Shown: in pieces, positions 21,115 through 30,826 of the stretch
Position numbering within the stretch: the first letter of the stretch is position 1
Layout of the letters: the number at the start of each line of letters is the position of its first letter
Assembly (NCBI GenBank): GCA_963845565.1
Contig: CAWJSJ010000006.1
Span: 32,001-96,000, forward strand
Reading direction: 5' to 3'
DNA from: an uncultured Methylomirabilota bacterium
GTDB lineage: Bacteria; Methylomirabilota; Methylomirabilia; Methylomirabilales; 2-02-FULL-66-22
Length of the DNA: 64,000 nt
Notes under the pieces: generated by a model
What the model was told of the DNA's origin: nothing
The model's input: the letters and a program-made list of their open reading frames with translations, nothing else
Database searches by the model: none
Translations under genes and position numbers: made by a program

Positions 21115-24100
21115 GTGGCGATCAGAGAGGATCACACAGTGCACGGCATCCTGAGGCGTCTTCTGTCGCTCATCGCCTATGGGGTGTTGATCTGGTCTTT
21201 GCCTGAGGTACTCCGCCACCGCAGCGACAGCGCCAAGGTTTTCGGCCGCTACTCGCTCTCCTACTTTACCTGGGTTTCCCTTTACCTCGTGATCGTCATT
21301 GCGTGGACAGCCGTCACGATCTTTGTGTTCCTGCGACGGCAGCAGGCACCCGCCCTGCGAGAGCGTCTTGCCCCGTATTGCCAGAAAGCGTACTTACTGG
21401 GGGTTGCGATTTCTTTGCCTTTGCTGGCGTTCACATTGGTCGCTAATCAACCGGGCGCACTCCCCCTGGCTTTCGTCTTGGCGGGGGCCCTGTTTACCAT
21501 GGCGTGGCTCGGGACTGCACCAGCAGCCAGCAAATTGGGGTTGAAGGACACGGCGCATGTGGTGCGGTTGGAACACACGTCTCTGTCGGAGCGTATCAAT
21601 GCAGTGGCCCGATGGCTGGCTGAAGGCAGGCGATCCGAGATGGTATCCCTGACCGTTATTACGCTGACCGCGTTAACGCTTTTTGCCCCGGTCCTACTGA
21701 AACCAGATCGTCTGGTAGGCGGCCATGACCTGCCGGCACTCTACTACGTCGTTGAGCGATACACGACTGAGGTCATCCACGCCGGCAAACTTCCCTTGTG
21801 GAATCCCTATATGTTCAGCGGGCTGCCGCTATTGGCCCATCCGGACTCCATGGTCTTCTACCCGATACAGGTGGTTTTGCGGTCCGCGCTTCCGGTCAGC
21901 CTTGCGGTCGCGTGGGGATTTGCTATCCATATCTGGATTGCTGGCGCCGGCATGTACGCCCTGTGCCGCTACCTGAGGCTTCGCCCCTGGATCGCGCTGA
22001 TCTGCGCGTTGGCATTCATGCTGAATGGTGGGCTGCTTACGAGAATTCTCGCCGGTCACATCTGGCTGGTCTATGCCCTGAGCTGGCTGCCTCTTGCGTG
22101 GCTGCTTGTCATGCTGGCACTGGAGAGGGGCAGCGCCATAGCGCTGGTGGGAGCGGGCCTGGTGATCGCGATGACGATCCTGACGGGACATCCCACCCTC
22201 CCGGCCTACATGTTGCTATTCCTGGGGCTCTTTTGGCTGTTTCACGCAGTTACCGTGTGGCAGGCGGAGAAGACGCTGCGACAGGTCGTCATTACGGCGG
22301 TCAGGTTCGGCGCGATTCTGGTTCTGGCATTTGGCTTTGCAGCGATTCAGCTTCTTCCCTCGCTGGTCTTCTCCTCGCAGACCTCTCTTGCTTCGGGATA
22401 TGCCCCGGGTGACGCCGCTCTGGGGACGCTCAGCCTTCATCATTTGGCAATGATCTTCCTGCCGGACGCGTATCCGTATCCCGGCCTGGACATCTGGGAG
22501 CAGTTCCCGTATCTCGGCATCTTGTTGCCACTGGCGGCTCCCTGGGCCTTTGCTCGCCCGGAGCGCCGCTCTCTGGCGGTGTTCCTTGGACTGGTGGCGT
22601 TGGTCTCAGTGGTCCTGGCGTTTGGCCAAGAACTGCGGCTCTTCAGTCTGCTGTACTATCTCCTTCCTCCCTTCCGCCTCTTGCGTATTCCGCCGCGGGC
22701 GCTCGTGATGTGGATTCCCTCGCTGGTTCTTCTCGGTGGTTTTGGCTTGGAAACGCTCATGCAGCGCGGAACGTCGGAGGGGAGGGTAGCCTGCGGGACA
22801 TATCTCTATCAGAGGGCGACCCTGTTGCCTCTTGGCATCCTAAGTGGCTTCCTGCTGGCGCGCGCGACCGGGATCGATGTCCTAGTCGGGCTGTCGGAGA
22901 ACAGACAAACACTCATCACGGCGACGATTCTGGGCGCGGTTCTGGCAATCTGCATGTTGACGGCTGGCGCCCCTCTCTATCCCGGAAGGGGGAGCCATAG
23001 AGGTACGTGGGCGGCCGGGGCACTTCTGGCGGCCAACATCCTGTTGGGTTTCGTACTGCTTCCTCGCGCAATCCCGGCTGCCGTCGCCCCTTCCGGCATT
23101 GTCCTGGGGTTTGGAAAACTGGCGATCTTACTCCTCGTCATCGGGTTCCTGCTGCCAGTTCTGTTTCGATTTCCGGGCGCGAGCATCACTTCTCTGCTAC
23201 TCATTATTGTTGTGTTCCTCGATATGTACACTTTCGGGGCGAAGTACGTGGCCGTATCCGATGTTCCGTCTCTGAGCACAGAAGAGCGGCAGGCGCTTGC
23301 CGTGATTCCTCCGCCGCCACAAGGACGTGTGATGCGCGGCGATGCTCCGCTCGCCTTTAACGCGTTAGTGCCGCTGGGGATCAGTAACATCGATGGTTAT
23401 TACTCCGGTATTATGAGCGGCTATACCTCGTTTCTGAGGGGCCTCTCTGCTAATCCGCCGCCGGAAACGACCATCCTGCTGTCCTACGCGGCATACCCGG
23501 AGATCGATGAGCGTGCCCTGGATTTCCTGAACGTGACGCATGTCTTCTCTAAAGAGCCGCTGGCCGCTCCGGGGCGGGAGTTGGTCGCGGAGGTGCCCGG
23601 CCGATACGCCATCTATCGCAATCCGGATGCGCTCCCTCGCGCCTTCTGGGTCGGCAATGCACGGGTGATCGCAAACAAAGACGACGCCATCCGGGCGATG
23701 CTCGATCCCCGCTTTGATTACCGCAGCACCGTCCTACTGGAAAACCCGGTACCCGCTGAAGGGGGCAGCCTCTCGGATGCGGACGTTACCATCACGGAGT
23801 TCGATGGTTCCAGCGGCGGATTCGTCATCCAGGCCAGCACTCCCCGTGCTGGTGTGCTGGTGCTGAGCGAGCCGTATTACAGCGAACGGCATGCCTCGCT
23901 CGATGGGCGGGAGGTGCCCCTCTTGCGAGCAAACGTGGGGTTCAGTGCCATCGCATTGCCGGCGGGAACGCATCAGGTTCGTATTTCCTATGTTCCCACA
24001 TCCCTGTATCAGGGCATCCTGATTACGGTGGGGACCGCTGTCGTGGCGGTGGGGTTGGTCATGTTCAGCCTGTTCCGACGCGGCAGATATGATGCTCTTC

Positions 24101-24150
24101 GGCGTCAGCCGCGTCCCCCAGTTTCTACCGCGCTTTCCAATTTACGTTAG
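21115..24150 (+). CDS. YfhO-family multi-TM protein (GT-C-like)
   Basis: LPLWNPYMFSGLPLLA, FYP, AAIQLLP, FRLLRIPPR, YRNPDALPRA, LVLSEPYY, LPAGTHQV...Y.P. Confidence 0.82.
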   Translation: MAIREDHTVHGILRRLLSLIAYGVLIWSLPEVLRHRSDSAKVFGRYSLSYFTWVSLYLVIVIAWTAVTIFVFLRRQQAPALRERLAPYCQKAYLLGVAISLPLLAFTLVANQPGALPLAFVLAGALFTMAWLGTAPAASKLGLKDTAHVVRLEHTSLSERINAVARWLAEGRRSEMVSLTVITLTALTLFAPVLLKPDRLVGGHDLPALYYVVERYTTEVIHAGKLPLWNPYMFSGLPLLAHPDSMVFYPIQVVLRSALPVSLAVAWGFAIHIWIAGAGMYALCRYLRLRPWIALICALAFMLNGGLLTRILAGHIWLVYALSWLPLAWLLVMLALERGSAIALVGAGLVIAMTILTGHPTLPAYMLLFLGLFWLFHAVTVWQAEKTLRQVVITAVRFGAILVLAFGFAAIQLLPSLVFSSQTSLASGYAPGDAALGTLSLHHLAMIFLPDAYPYPGLDIWEQFPYLGILLPLAAPWAFARPERRSLAVFLGLVALVSVVLAFGQELRLFSLLYYLLPPFRLLRIPPRALVMWIPSLVLLGGFGLETLMQRGTSEGRVACGTYLYQRATLLPLGILSGFLLARATGIDVLVGLSENRQTLITATILGAVLAICMLTAGAPLYPGRGSHRGTWAAGALLAANILLGFVLLPRAIPAAVAPSGIVLGFGKLAILLLVIGFLLPVLFRFPGASITSLLLIIVVFLDMYTFGAKYVAVSDVPSLSTEERQALAVIPPPPQGRVMRGDAPLAFNALVPLGISNIDGYYSGIMSGYTSFLRGLSANPPPETTILLSYAAYPEIDERALDFLNVTHVFSKEPLAAPGRELVAEVPGRYAIYRNPDALPRAFWVGNARVIANKDDAIRAMLDPRFDYRSTVLLENPVPAEGGSLSDADVTITEFDGSSGGFVIQASTPRAGVLVLSEPYYSERHASLDGREVPLLRANVGFSAIALPAGTHQVRISYVPTSLYQGILITVGTAVVAVGLVMFSLFRRGRYDALRRQPRPPVSTALSNLR

Positions 24151-24168
24151 GTGCCCTCTCTGGCAAAG

Positions 24169-24217
24169 ATGGAACGGGAAACCGCACTGGAAATCCCCGC
24201 CAGTCAACCGGGAACCC
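24169..24217. repeat. ~50-bp direct repeat copy 1 (decayed copy of the promoter at 27297-27346)
   Basis: ATGGAACGGGAAAC-C-GCACTGGAAATCCCCGCCAGTCAACCGGGAACCC. Confidence 0.85.
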
Positions 24218-24346
24218 TCCTCCGCGGAGGCATCCCTTTGTGGCGCGCGGCGATCGTCAGCGCTTTGGTTGTCAAGGTGTGTGGGTCTTGCTGCTGAACT
24301 GATGTGTCGCTATGGCGTCTTGGCGGTCAAGAATGTCGGTCTGGGG

Positions 24347-27298
24347 TTAGTGGTCCATGTCACGGGTTCTCTCCCGCGTCCCTTTCCCGTTCCGGCGTCC
24401 CCGCAGCACGCCGACGATCGGTATCCCTATCGTGATGGCCGACGCAAGCACGGTGATGCCCACACCGGCGTAAAATGTCCTGGGCGTGAACTCGAATTTC
24501 ACCAGATGCGCTCCTGCGGGCACCACGGCGCCCCGCAGCACATAGTCCGTCTGGTACAGTCGCGAAGGCACACCGTCAATCGTCACCGACCACCCAGGAT
24601 AGAACACATCGCTGAGGACGAGGAATGAGGCAAGCGACGAACGGGTCCGGACCTCCACCACGGTGTCGGTGACGCGCTCCACTACTGCCTCTGCCTTGGC
24701 ATCGATCTCGCCCTTCAATTCCAATGGTTCTTCAACGAGGCCGATCCGCGACGGATCGAAGGGGCGACCGTCGGGGAGTTGTGACCACTTCAGGGCGGCA
24801 AGCACCTGGTCCGGCTTCAGGGTCACGGTTTCCGGTACCAGCCATGCCCGAGGCATGGACCGGGTGTTCGCATACACCCTCGTCTCCCCCAATTCCTGGA
24901 CCAGACGCCACCTGTCGGCGTTCAGGAGGAATTCCGCCATCTCTGAGACGGGGTAGGAAAGCGCGGTATTCTCGTTGTGGAGAGTGATCTTCTCTATGGC
25001 AATGAGGGCAGGCAGACCGGTCCAGGTCAATTCGAGCGCCTTCACCTCGATCTCCCTGCCGAAACCCAGCGTGCCGACATATTGGTGCCCCCGGCACGAC
25101 GCGACGCCCCGGCGCGCGACGGGAAAGCTCAGAAAGACGGATGCCCTCCTGTGCTTCACCTGCGGACGTACGTCGGCGCAGTCGAACGCCACCTCAGAGG
25201 TGTCCCGGCCTGCACGAAAGGGGTAGGTATGTGTCCGCCCCTGGCTGTCCATGATCGCCACGCGGAGTACCTCGGTGTTGTCGGGGATCGCCGTCGCACA
25301 ACCGAGCGACGTCACCATGCCAAGGGCCGTGGCCTTGACGGGGACCGATAATTGTAACCTCCAGGCGTCACGTTTGGTGCCGCAGCCCGCGCCGAGCCAA
25401 AGCTCCATGCGCTCGCGGGCTCCCCAGGATATGTTCTGGCTCTTGGCAGTCAAGGGCTTGAAAACGCTCAGCGGCACGAACACATGGCTGACGGCCATGA
25501 TATCCAGCGTCCGGTTGTCGGGCATGTACGAGAGCCCCGCGATGTCCCCGTCGGGCCCCATCGAGAGCGCTTCGCCCAGTCTCGAAAGGAGGAGCGGCCC
25601 ATACCCACTCACGCTCGGCACTCCCCAGATCCTGTGCAGGTTGGGCGGAATTTCGTCACGGCTTCCCAGGGCGCCCCTCACCGGTGCGATCCGTTGGTGA
25701 GTCGCCTCTAGCGTTGTCCGATAATGCTGAGCAATATCGGGCGGACGGAAAATGTCGCGATGCGGCGAAAGGAATCTCCACGCGGAGAACCATCCGAAAC
25801 TTCCGAGGTCCACGACAAGCCCCAAAAGGAGGAGCGACGTTCTTAGGGTAGACGCAGGCTTCCTTCGCCACGCGAGGAGGATCACCGCCCCTAAACCAAA
25901 GACCACAAGCGGGATGCCAATAGCGGGATTTGACCAGGGCAGCACCGACAGCGCATCGATCCCCTTTGCGGCCGCCAACTCTTTGAGCGTGTCGGCTCGC
26001 CAGAGGATTACCCCTACGCTGAAAAGGATCGTCGCGCCTGATGCGGCCACCACAACAGCCGTGAGCTTCGCGGTCACCATTCGATTCTTCATGGCAGCAA
26101 CGCCAAGTCCCGCGAGGACGCTTACCGCCAACGCGCACTCGATAAAGTGTCTCGTCGGCGCCCTGAATTTGTTGACGACCGGCAGATGATACATGGCCTT
26201 GGCGAGGGGAGTGAGATCTCCGAGGACGAGGAGGAACGCGAAAAGGCCAACGGCGGCCCAGAAACAGGCGACAGCCCTCTTGAGGGGTGCGAGAGCGCCG
26301 ACCACGGCGAGCATCAAGGCCAGCAGACCCATGTAGCCGGTGAACCCGGCGTCCGGCGCGCCGAAATAGGCGACAGAATAGACGTCACCCGTTAACTCTG
26401 TACCGAAGAGGTATGGGAAAAGGAGCGTTATACTCTGCCGAAAGGGTAGCGAATACGAGACGAACTCCGTGAAAGTCATCTCGCTTCTGAGGCTGAGTCG
26501 GGCCAGCTCCGCCGTTGGCAGGAGCTGAAGAGACGCCACGCCAAGGCCCAGGGTCACTATCAGGGCGTAGAGCCCGCAAAGACGGGCCCTCCCTGCCGGT
26601 ACACACCAGCAACGGACTAAGGTGTAGAAGGTGCCCAGGCCCAGGGTGTACACGGAAATCTGCGGATGGCCCGCCAAGAGGCTGCAGGCGGTGGCCGCCG
26701 TGCCCACGACGAGCCAGAGCAGCTTGGAGCCGCCGACCAGGCCCTCCACAGACCAGATGAGCAATGGCATCCACGCCGCCGCGTGGACGATGGTGGCGTG
26801 AGCGTGAGAGGCGATCATGAAGCCGCTCATGCCATAGACGGTGCCGCTTACCGCAGCCGCCAGCCATGATCCAGTTAGGGTGTGGACGTATCCGTACGTG
26901 AAGCAACTCCCCAGGACGTACGCTGAAAGTATGAGGCCGTTCCAAGACCCAAGCGCAGAGAAGAGGATCGATGGGGGGTACCAGGTCATCGCCTGGGGAT
27001 CGGCGGCGACCGGGAAACCGCCCCAGAGGAGCGGGTCCCAGAATGTGATGCCGCGGATGAAGTTGGGCAGATAGAGGATGAGGTCGCCTGCCCCCAGCAG
27101 TCTGCCGCTGAAGAGCACAGGCGCGAAGAAAAGGACGTAGAGCGCACTGTAGCCGGCCACCACCGACACCACGTGGATGGTCGTCCCCCGCACCGGTGAC
27201 CACGCGCTCGTCACAGTGGTTGTCCCTCCGCCAGGCCGTGGGTCGTCTCCGTGTGTGACCGGAGGGCGTCGCTCCGCTCCCCCATCTTCGATCTTCAT
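24347..27298 (-). CDS. YfhO-family multi-TM protein with an inserted extracytoplasmic domain
   Basis: FWDPLLWGGFP, WYPP, LLAGHPQ, SLQLLPT, KFRAPTR, SMPRA, LSDVFYPGW, VPAGAH; ATG 27298 chosen from promoter position. Confidence 0.82.
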   Translation of the reverse strand: MKIEDGGAERRPPVTHGDDPRPGGGTTTVTSAWSPVRGTTIHVVSVVAGYSALYVLFFAPVLFSGRLLGAGDLILYLPNFIRGITFWDPLLWGGFPVAADPQAMTWYPPSILFSALGSWNGLILSAYVLGSCFTYGYVHTLTGSWLAAAVSGTVYGMSGFMIASHAHATIVHAAAWMPLLIWSVEGLVGGSKLLWLVVGTAATACSLLAGHPQISVYTLGLGTFYTLVRCWCVPAGRARLCGLYALIVTLGLGVASLQLLPTAELARLSLRSEMTFTEFVSYSLPFRQSITLLFPYLFGTELTGDVYSVAYFGAPDAGFTGYMGLLALMLAVVGALAPLKRAVACFWAAVGLFAFLLVLGDLTPLAKAMYHLPVVNKFRAPTRHFIECALAVSVLAGLGVAAMKNRMVTAKLTAVVVAASGATILFSVGVILWRADTLKELAAAKGIDALSVLPWSNPAIGIPLVVFGLGAVILLAWRRKPASTLRTSLLLLGLVVDLGSFGWFSAWRFLSPHRDIFRPPDIAQHYRTTLEATHQRIAPVRGALGSRDEIPPNLHRIWGVPSVSGYGPLLLSRLGEALSMGPDGDIAGLSYMPDNRTLDIMAVSHVFVPLSVFKPLTAKSQNISWGARERMELWLGAGCGTKRDAWRLQLSVPVKATALGMVTSLGCATAIPDNTEVLRVAIMDSQGRTHTYPFRAGRDTSEVAFDCADVRPQVKHRRASVFLSFPVARRGVASCRGHQYVGTLGFGREIEVKALELTWTGLPALIAIEKITLHNENTALSYPVSEMAEFLLNADRWRLVQELGETRVYANTRSMPRAWLVPETVTLKPDQVLAALKWSQLPDGRPFDPSRIGLVEEPLELKGEIDAKAEAVVERVTDTVVEVRTRSSLASFLVLSDVFYPGWSVTIDGVPSRLYQTDYVLRGAVVPAGAHLVKFEFTPRTFYAGVGITVLASAITIGIPIVGVLRGRRNGKGTRERTRDMDH

Positions 27299-27346
27299 GG
27301 AACGGGAAACTAGCACTGGAAATCCCCGCCAGTCAACCGGGAACCC
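27297..27346 (-). promoter_or_regulatory. Putative sigma70 promoter (direct repeat copy 2), possibly leaderless
   Basis: Minus strand TTGACT-18 nt-(TGC)TAGTTT-8 nt-ATG. Confidence 0.6.
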
Positions 27347-27500
27347 CCCTTCGAGGGCGGAGCGTGCAGCCGTCACCCTCGTGTGCGGGTCGATTCGCCG
27401 CCCTCGCCGCGTAATGGGGCCGCCCGTGCCATCTCCTCGCGGTAACCGTGTGGGGCCGGCCGCGGTGCCGGCGTGTGCCCCTGGTACACGAGAGAGCCCG

Positions 27501-27605
27501 GTTCGCTCTTGACATCGGTGTCCCGCGCACTAGATACTCCCGCCCAGCGGCTGGGGAACCCCCGCGAGGCGCGGATCGCCAGCGCCGGTGGCCTCGTGGG
27601 ACGGG
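27501..27605 (+). promoter_or_regulatory. Promoter plus conserved leader, copy 1
   Basis: TTGACA-18-GATACT, CGGCTGGGGA, AGGCGCGGATCG, GCGCCGGTGGCCTCGTGGG; colinear with 28972-29076. Confidence 0.65.
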
Positions 27606-27671
27606 CAGCGGCGCGATCGTCGCGCCGGCCCCCAAAAGCAAATTCCTATCACCTTCTGGGAGAGTATCACC

Positions 27672-28859
27672 ATGCGCCTCAGGATCGTTGACTACGTCGC
27701 CAACCTGGGAGGCGGCGTTCGCTTCTGCGAACAAACGGTCCGAGCGCTGGTCCGCGGGAGAGACCTTGCGGTTGAGCTCGTCAGCCACGGTGCCGAGCTG
27801 CGCAGATACCAGGAGCTCCTCCGGTCGGTCGACCACGTCTCCTTCCTCGATATCCCCCCGGCCAACTTGCCGACATTCCGCGGATTCTCCGGTTTCAGAG
27901 GCGCGAACCGTCTGAACCGATGGCTGCGTCTTGGCAAGACGGACTTCCACTACGACGTGCCCCATCTTGCGCTCGCGGACTGCGATCTCGTGTGGTTTCC
28001 CTGGATCCATCGACACAGGATCCCCCGGGCCCGGGGTGCCAAAGTGATCGCGTCTCTTCACGACCTCATCTTCCTGCAGCTGCCCGAGCTCTTTCCGGGA
28101 TGGGGTCGGGCCAGCGAGGAGAAGACGATCGGGTCGTGGCTGGCCTCGAATGCCAAGATCGTGACCAGCTCGCACGCCACGGTCTCCGCATTGGTGCAGA
28201 TCTTCAAGTGCGAACCCGGCCGGCTGAACGTTATCCCCCTGTCCGGTCAGCACGTGCGCGAGGGAGAGTCGACACGGAAAACGTCCCCCGCCGTCGGAGG
28301 CTCCGGCTACCTGCTGTGTCCTGCAAACACAACGCCGCACAAGAACCATGAAGTCCTTTTCGCGGGCGTTGCCGCTGCCGGGATCGAGCGCCCATTGGTG
28401 CTGACCGGCGGTGCGACCGACTTCTGGACATCCACAGGATTACGGGACGCTGCGCTTCGGCGGCGCGCCAGGGAAGCCGGACTCAGTTGGGGGCGCTCAC
28501 TGATCGGCCTTGGGTACGTCGATGACGCGACCTACTTCGATCTGCTCGACGGTGCCTGGGCTTTGGTGATGCCCACGCTGGCTGAAGGGGGAGGAAGTTT
28601 CCCGGTGCTCGAGGCGATGCTGCGCGGCGTGCCGACGGTCGTCTCCGACATCCCCGTGATGCGGGAGATGGCCGAGAGGGTTGGCGGGTCGGTGCTCTGG
28701 TTCGATCCTCGGGACCCGAATGCTCTGGCATGCCAACTCCGCGAACTCGAGCGCGACTACCCCCGCTACAAGAAGGCAGCCGTGGAACAGATTTCCACGC
28801 TCCGGATGCGCAGCTGGGTGGATGTCGCCAACGACTACGCCGCGCTCATGGGACTCTAA
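27672..28859 (+). CDS. Glycosyltransferase family 4
   Basis: IASLHDL, YLLCPANTTPHKNH, LGYV, PTLAEGGGSFPVLEAM. Confidence 0.88.
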   Translation: MRLRIVDYVANLGGGVRFCEQTVRALVRGRDLAVELVSHGAELRRYQELLRSVDHVSFLDIPPANLPTFRGFSGFRGANRLNRWLRLGKTDFHYDVPHLALADCDLVWFPWIHRHRIPRARGAKVIASLHDLIFLQLPELFPGWGRASEEKTIGSWLASNAKIVTSSHATVSALVQIFKCEPGRLNVIPLSGQHVREGESTRKTSPAVGGSGYLLCPANTTPHKNHEVLFAGVAAAGIERPLVLTGGATDFWTSTGLRDAALRRRAREAGLSWGRSLIGLGYVDDATYFDLLDGAWALVMPTLAEGGGSFPVLEAMLRGVPTVVSDIPVMREMAERVGGSVLWFDPRDPNALACQLRELERDYPRYKKAAVEQISTLRMRSWVDVANDYAALMGL

Positions 28860-28971
28860 CGGTCGGGACGCTGGCGGCGGCGCTCCCCGCTAGGTCACGT
28901 AGTGGGGTGCCCGATGATCGTTGGGGGCCACTCGAGCAATGGCGGTGTGTCGGTCGTTTCGGGCGAAGACG

Positions 28972-29076
28972 TTTCGCCTTGATTTCCGCCTCCCGCATGC
29001 CCGATACTTTTGGGGTTCGGCTGGGGACACTCGGGCCAGGCGCGGATCGGCGGCGCCGGTGGCCTCGTGGGGCGGG
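28972..29076 (+). promoter_or_regulatory. Promoter plus conserved leader, copy 2
   Basis: TTGATT-18-GATACT and the same three downstream blocks at matching spacing. Confidence 0.62.
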
Positions 29077-29142
29077 TGGTTCCTGCGGTTCGAGCGACGC
29101 GTTCCTTTAGGCTGCTCTTCTTGAGGAGTGAGCGAGGCCCGT

Positions 29143-30202
29143 ATGGTGTCTGAATCGACGGTCACAACGTTGCTGGAGAAGGAGATCCCCGGCTTCACCA
29201 TGGCGCGAGCCGGCGAGAGCTTCACGACGCTCGGGGTGGACAGCTTCGCGATGTTGGAGCTGCGCATCGTGATCGAGCATGCGATCGGCGCGACCATTCC
29301 CGACCCGGTGTGGGTGCAGCTCGACAGCCCGGCGCAGCTCGTCGCGCACCTCGGCGCAGCGCCCGCGCCGGTGGCCACACCGCCGCCGTCGGCTGACCTG
29401 CGCCGGCACTACGTGCTCAACATGCCGCAGATGGCGCTCGGTGGTCTGTCCGAGTCGTGGCTGTTCAAGGAGCTCGGGGACGCCCACTGGTCGATGATCA
29501 CCAGCGGTCTCGGGGCGCCGTCCAGCGCGCTGCGCGACGGCAACGGCGATCGCCTTTACGCGACGTTCGTACGGCTGCGCATCGAGGCGACGGTACCGCT
29601 GGCGCGCTTCGAGGAGAACGAGCCGCTGGCGCTCGAGGGGCGCATCGGCCGCTTCGGCGCCGGGATGTTTTTCAGCGAGATCGCGCTCGAGGGTGTCAAG
29701 GAGCGCGTCATGGCGTCGGTCATGTCGAGCTTCACCAAGCGCGGCTCACCCACGTCGAACACCAGCCTGCTGAAAGGCCAGCCGACCATCCCCGCCGGCT
29801 GCCCGATCGCGGATCTGTGCGCCATGCCACCGTTCGGTCAGGGCTACCGCGAGCGGCGCAGTGGAACACTGGCCCCGGCGCTGTTCGAAACCACGTACGA
29901 CATCATCCCGTATCACGACATCAACGGCGTGGGTCTCCTGTACTTCGCCGCATACCCGATCATCAGCGACATCTGCGAACTGAAGTACATCGACCGTGCC
30001 AACAACTGGGCCCTCGAGGCGAGCACGGTCTGCCGCGACGTCTATTACTTCGCCAACTGCGACACCCAAGACCGCCTGATCTACCGGGTACACGCGCGCC
30101 AGGACACACCCACCGGCGTCGACCTCGAGAGCTCGCTGTCGCGCGCGTCCGACGGCGCGCTGATGGCGTATTTCGTGACCCGGAAGCGTCGCCCGTGGGT
30201 AA
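29143..30202 (+). CDS. Acyl carrier protein fused to an LnmK/Pnap_2097-like double hot-dog acyltransferase/decarboxylase domain
   Basis: LGVDSFAMLEL (phosphopantetheine-site-like), PQMALGGLSESWLFKELGDAHW, RLYATF, DINGVGLLYFAAYP; as written the ORF reads to 30537, but removing one C at 30192-30194 gives TAA at 30200-30202. Confidence 0.78.
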
Positions 30203-30782
30203 GGCCTTCATCATCGGCAGTAGCGGGCACGCACGCGTCGTCGCGTCGATGCTCGACGTGGAACCGCAGTTCGTGGACCCCGATCGTGCGAGCGAGGACC
30301 GCGTCCTCGCTGAACTGGTCGCGGATCACGGCGGTGCGGACTTCTACCTCGGCATCGGGATCAATGCGGGTCGCCGGCGCGTGGCCGAGAAGCTGCGGGC
30401 GCTTGGCGCGCGACTGCCGCCGTGCGTGGCGCCGAACGCGTTCGTCGCCCGGGACGCCCAAGTCGCAGACGGGGCGGTGCTCTGTCTGGGCAGCCAGATC
30501 GGCTCGGGTGCGCACATCGGCTTCGCCTGCATCGTGAACACGCTGTCGAGCGTGGACCACGACTGCGTGCTCGGCGACTACACGCAGGTGACCGCGGGCG
30601 TGAACTTCGGCGGCTGGGTTGCCGTCGGGTCGAACGGCTTCTTCGGCATGAAGAGCGCGGTGATCCCGAAGTGCACCATCGGCGACGACGTCGTCGTGAT
30701 GGCGGGCGCGCTGGTGACACGCGACGTCCCCGACCGCGTCATGGTCGGCGGCAGCCCGGCGCGCATCGTCCGGCGCCTCTGA
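30195..30782 (+). CDS. NeuD/PglD-type sugar acyltransferase (left-handed beta-helix)
   Basis: IIGSSGHARVV, LGIGINAGR, IVNTLSSVDHDC, hexapeptide repeats, VGGSPAR. Confidence 0.87.
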   Translation: MGKAFIIGSSGHARVVASMLDVEPQFVDPDRASEDRVLAELVADHGGADFYLGIGINAGRRRVAEKLRALGARLPPCVAPNAFVARDAQVADGAVLCLGSQIGSGAHIGFACIVNTLSSVDHDCVLGDYTQVTAGVNFGGWVAVGSNGFFGMKSAVIPKCTIGDDVVVMAGALVTRDVPDRVMVGGSPARIVRRL

Positions 30783-30826
30783 GTCGGCGTCACGCTGGCT
30801 CCGCCAGTTGGGGGGACCGAAGGGAG

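Noticed and set aside
30203..30537. C-terminal extension of the ACP-LnmK ORF, or a three-domain fusion with the acyltransferase
   Set aside because: The extension is off-frame junk over the acyltransferase, and one deleted base yields a normal overlapping stop/start; a fusion cannot be fully excluded without reads.
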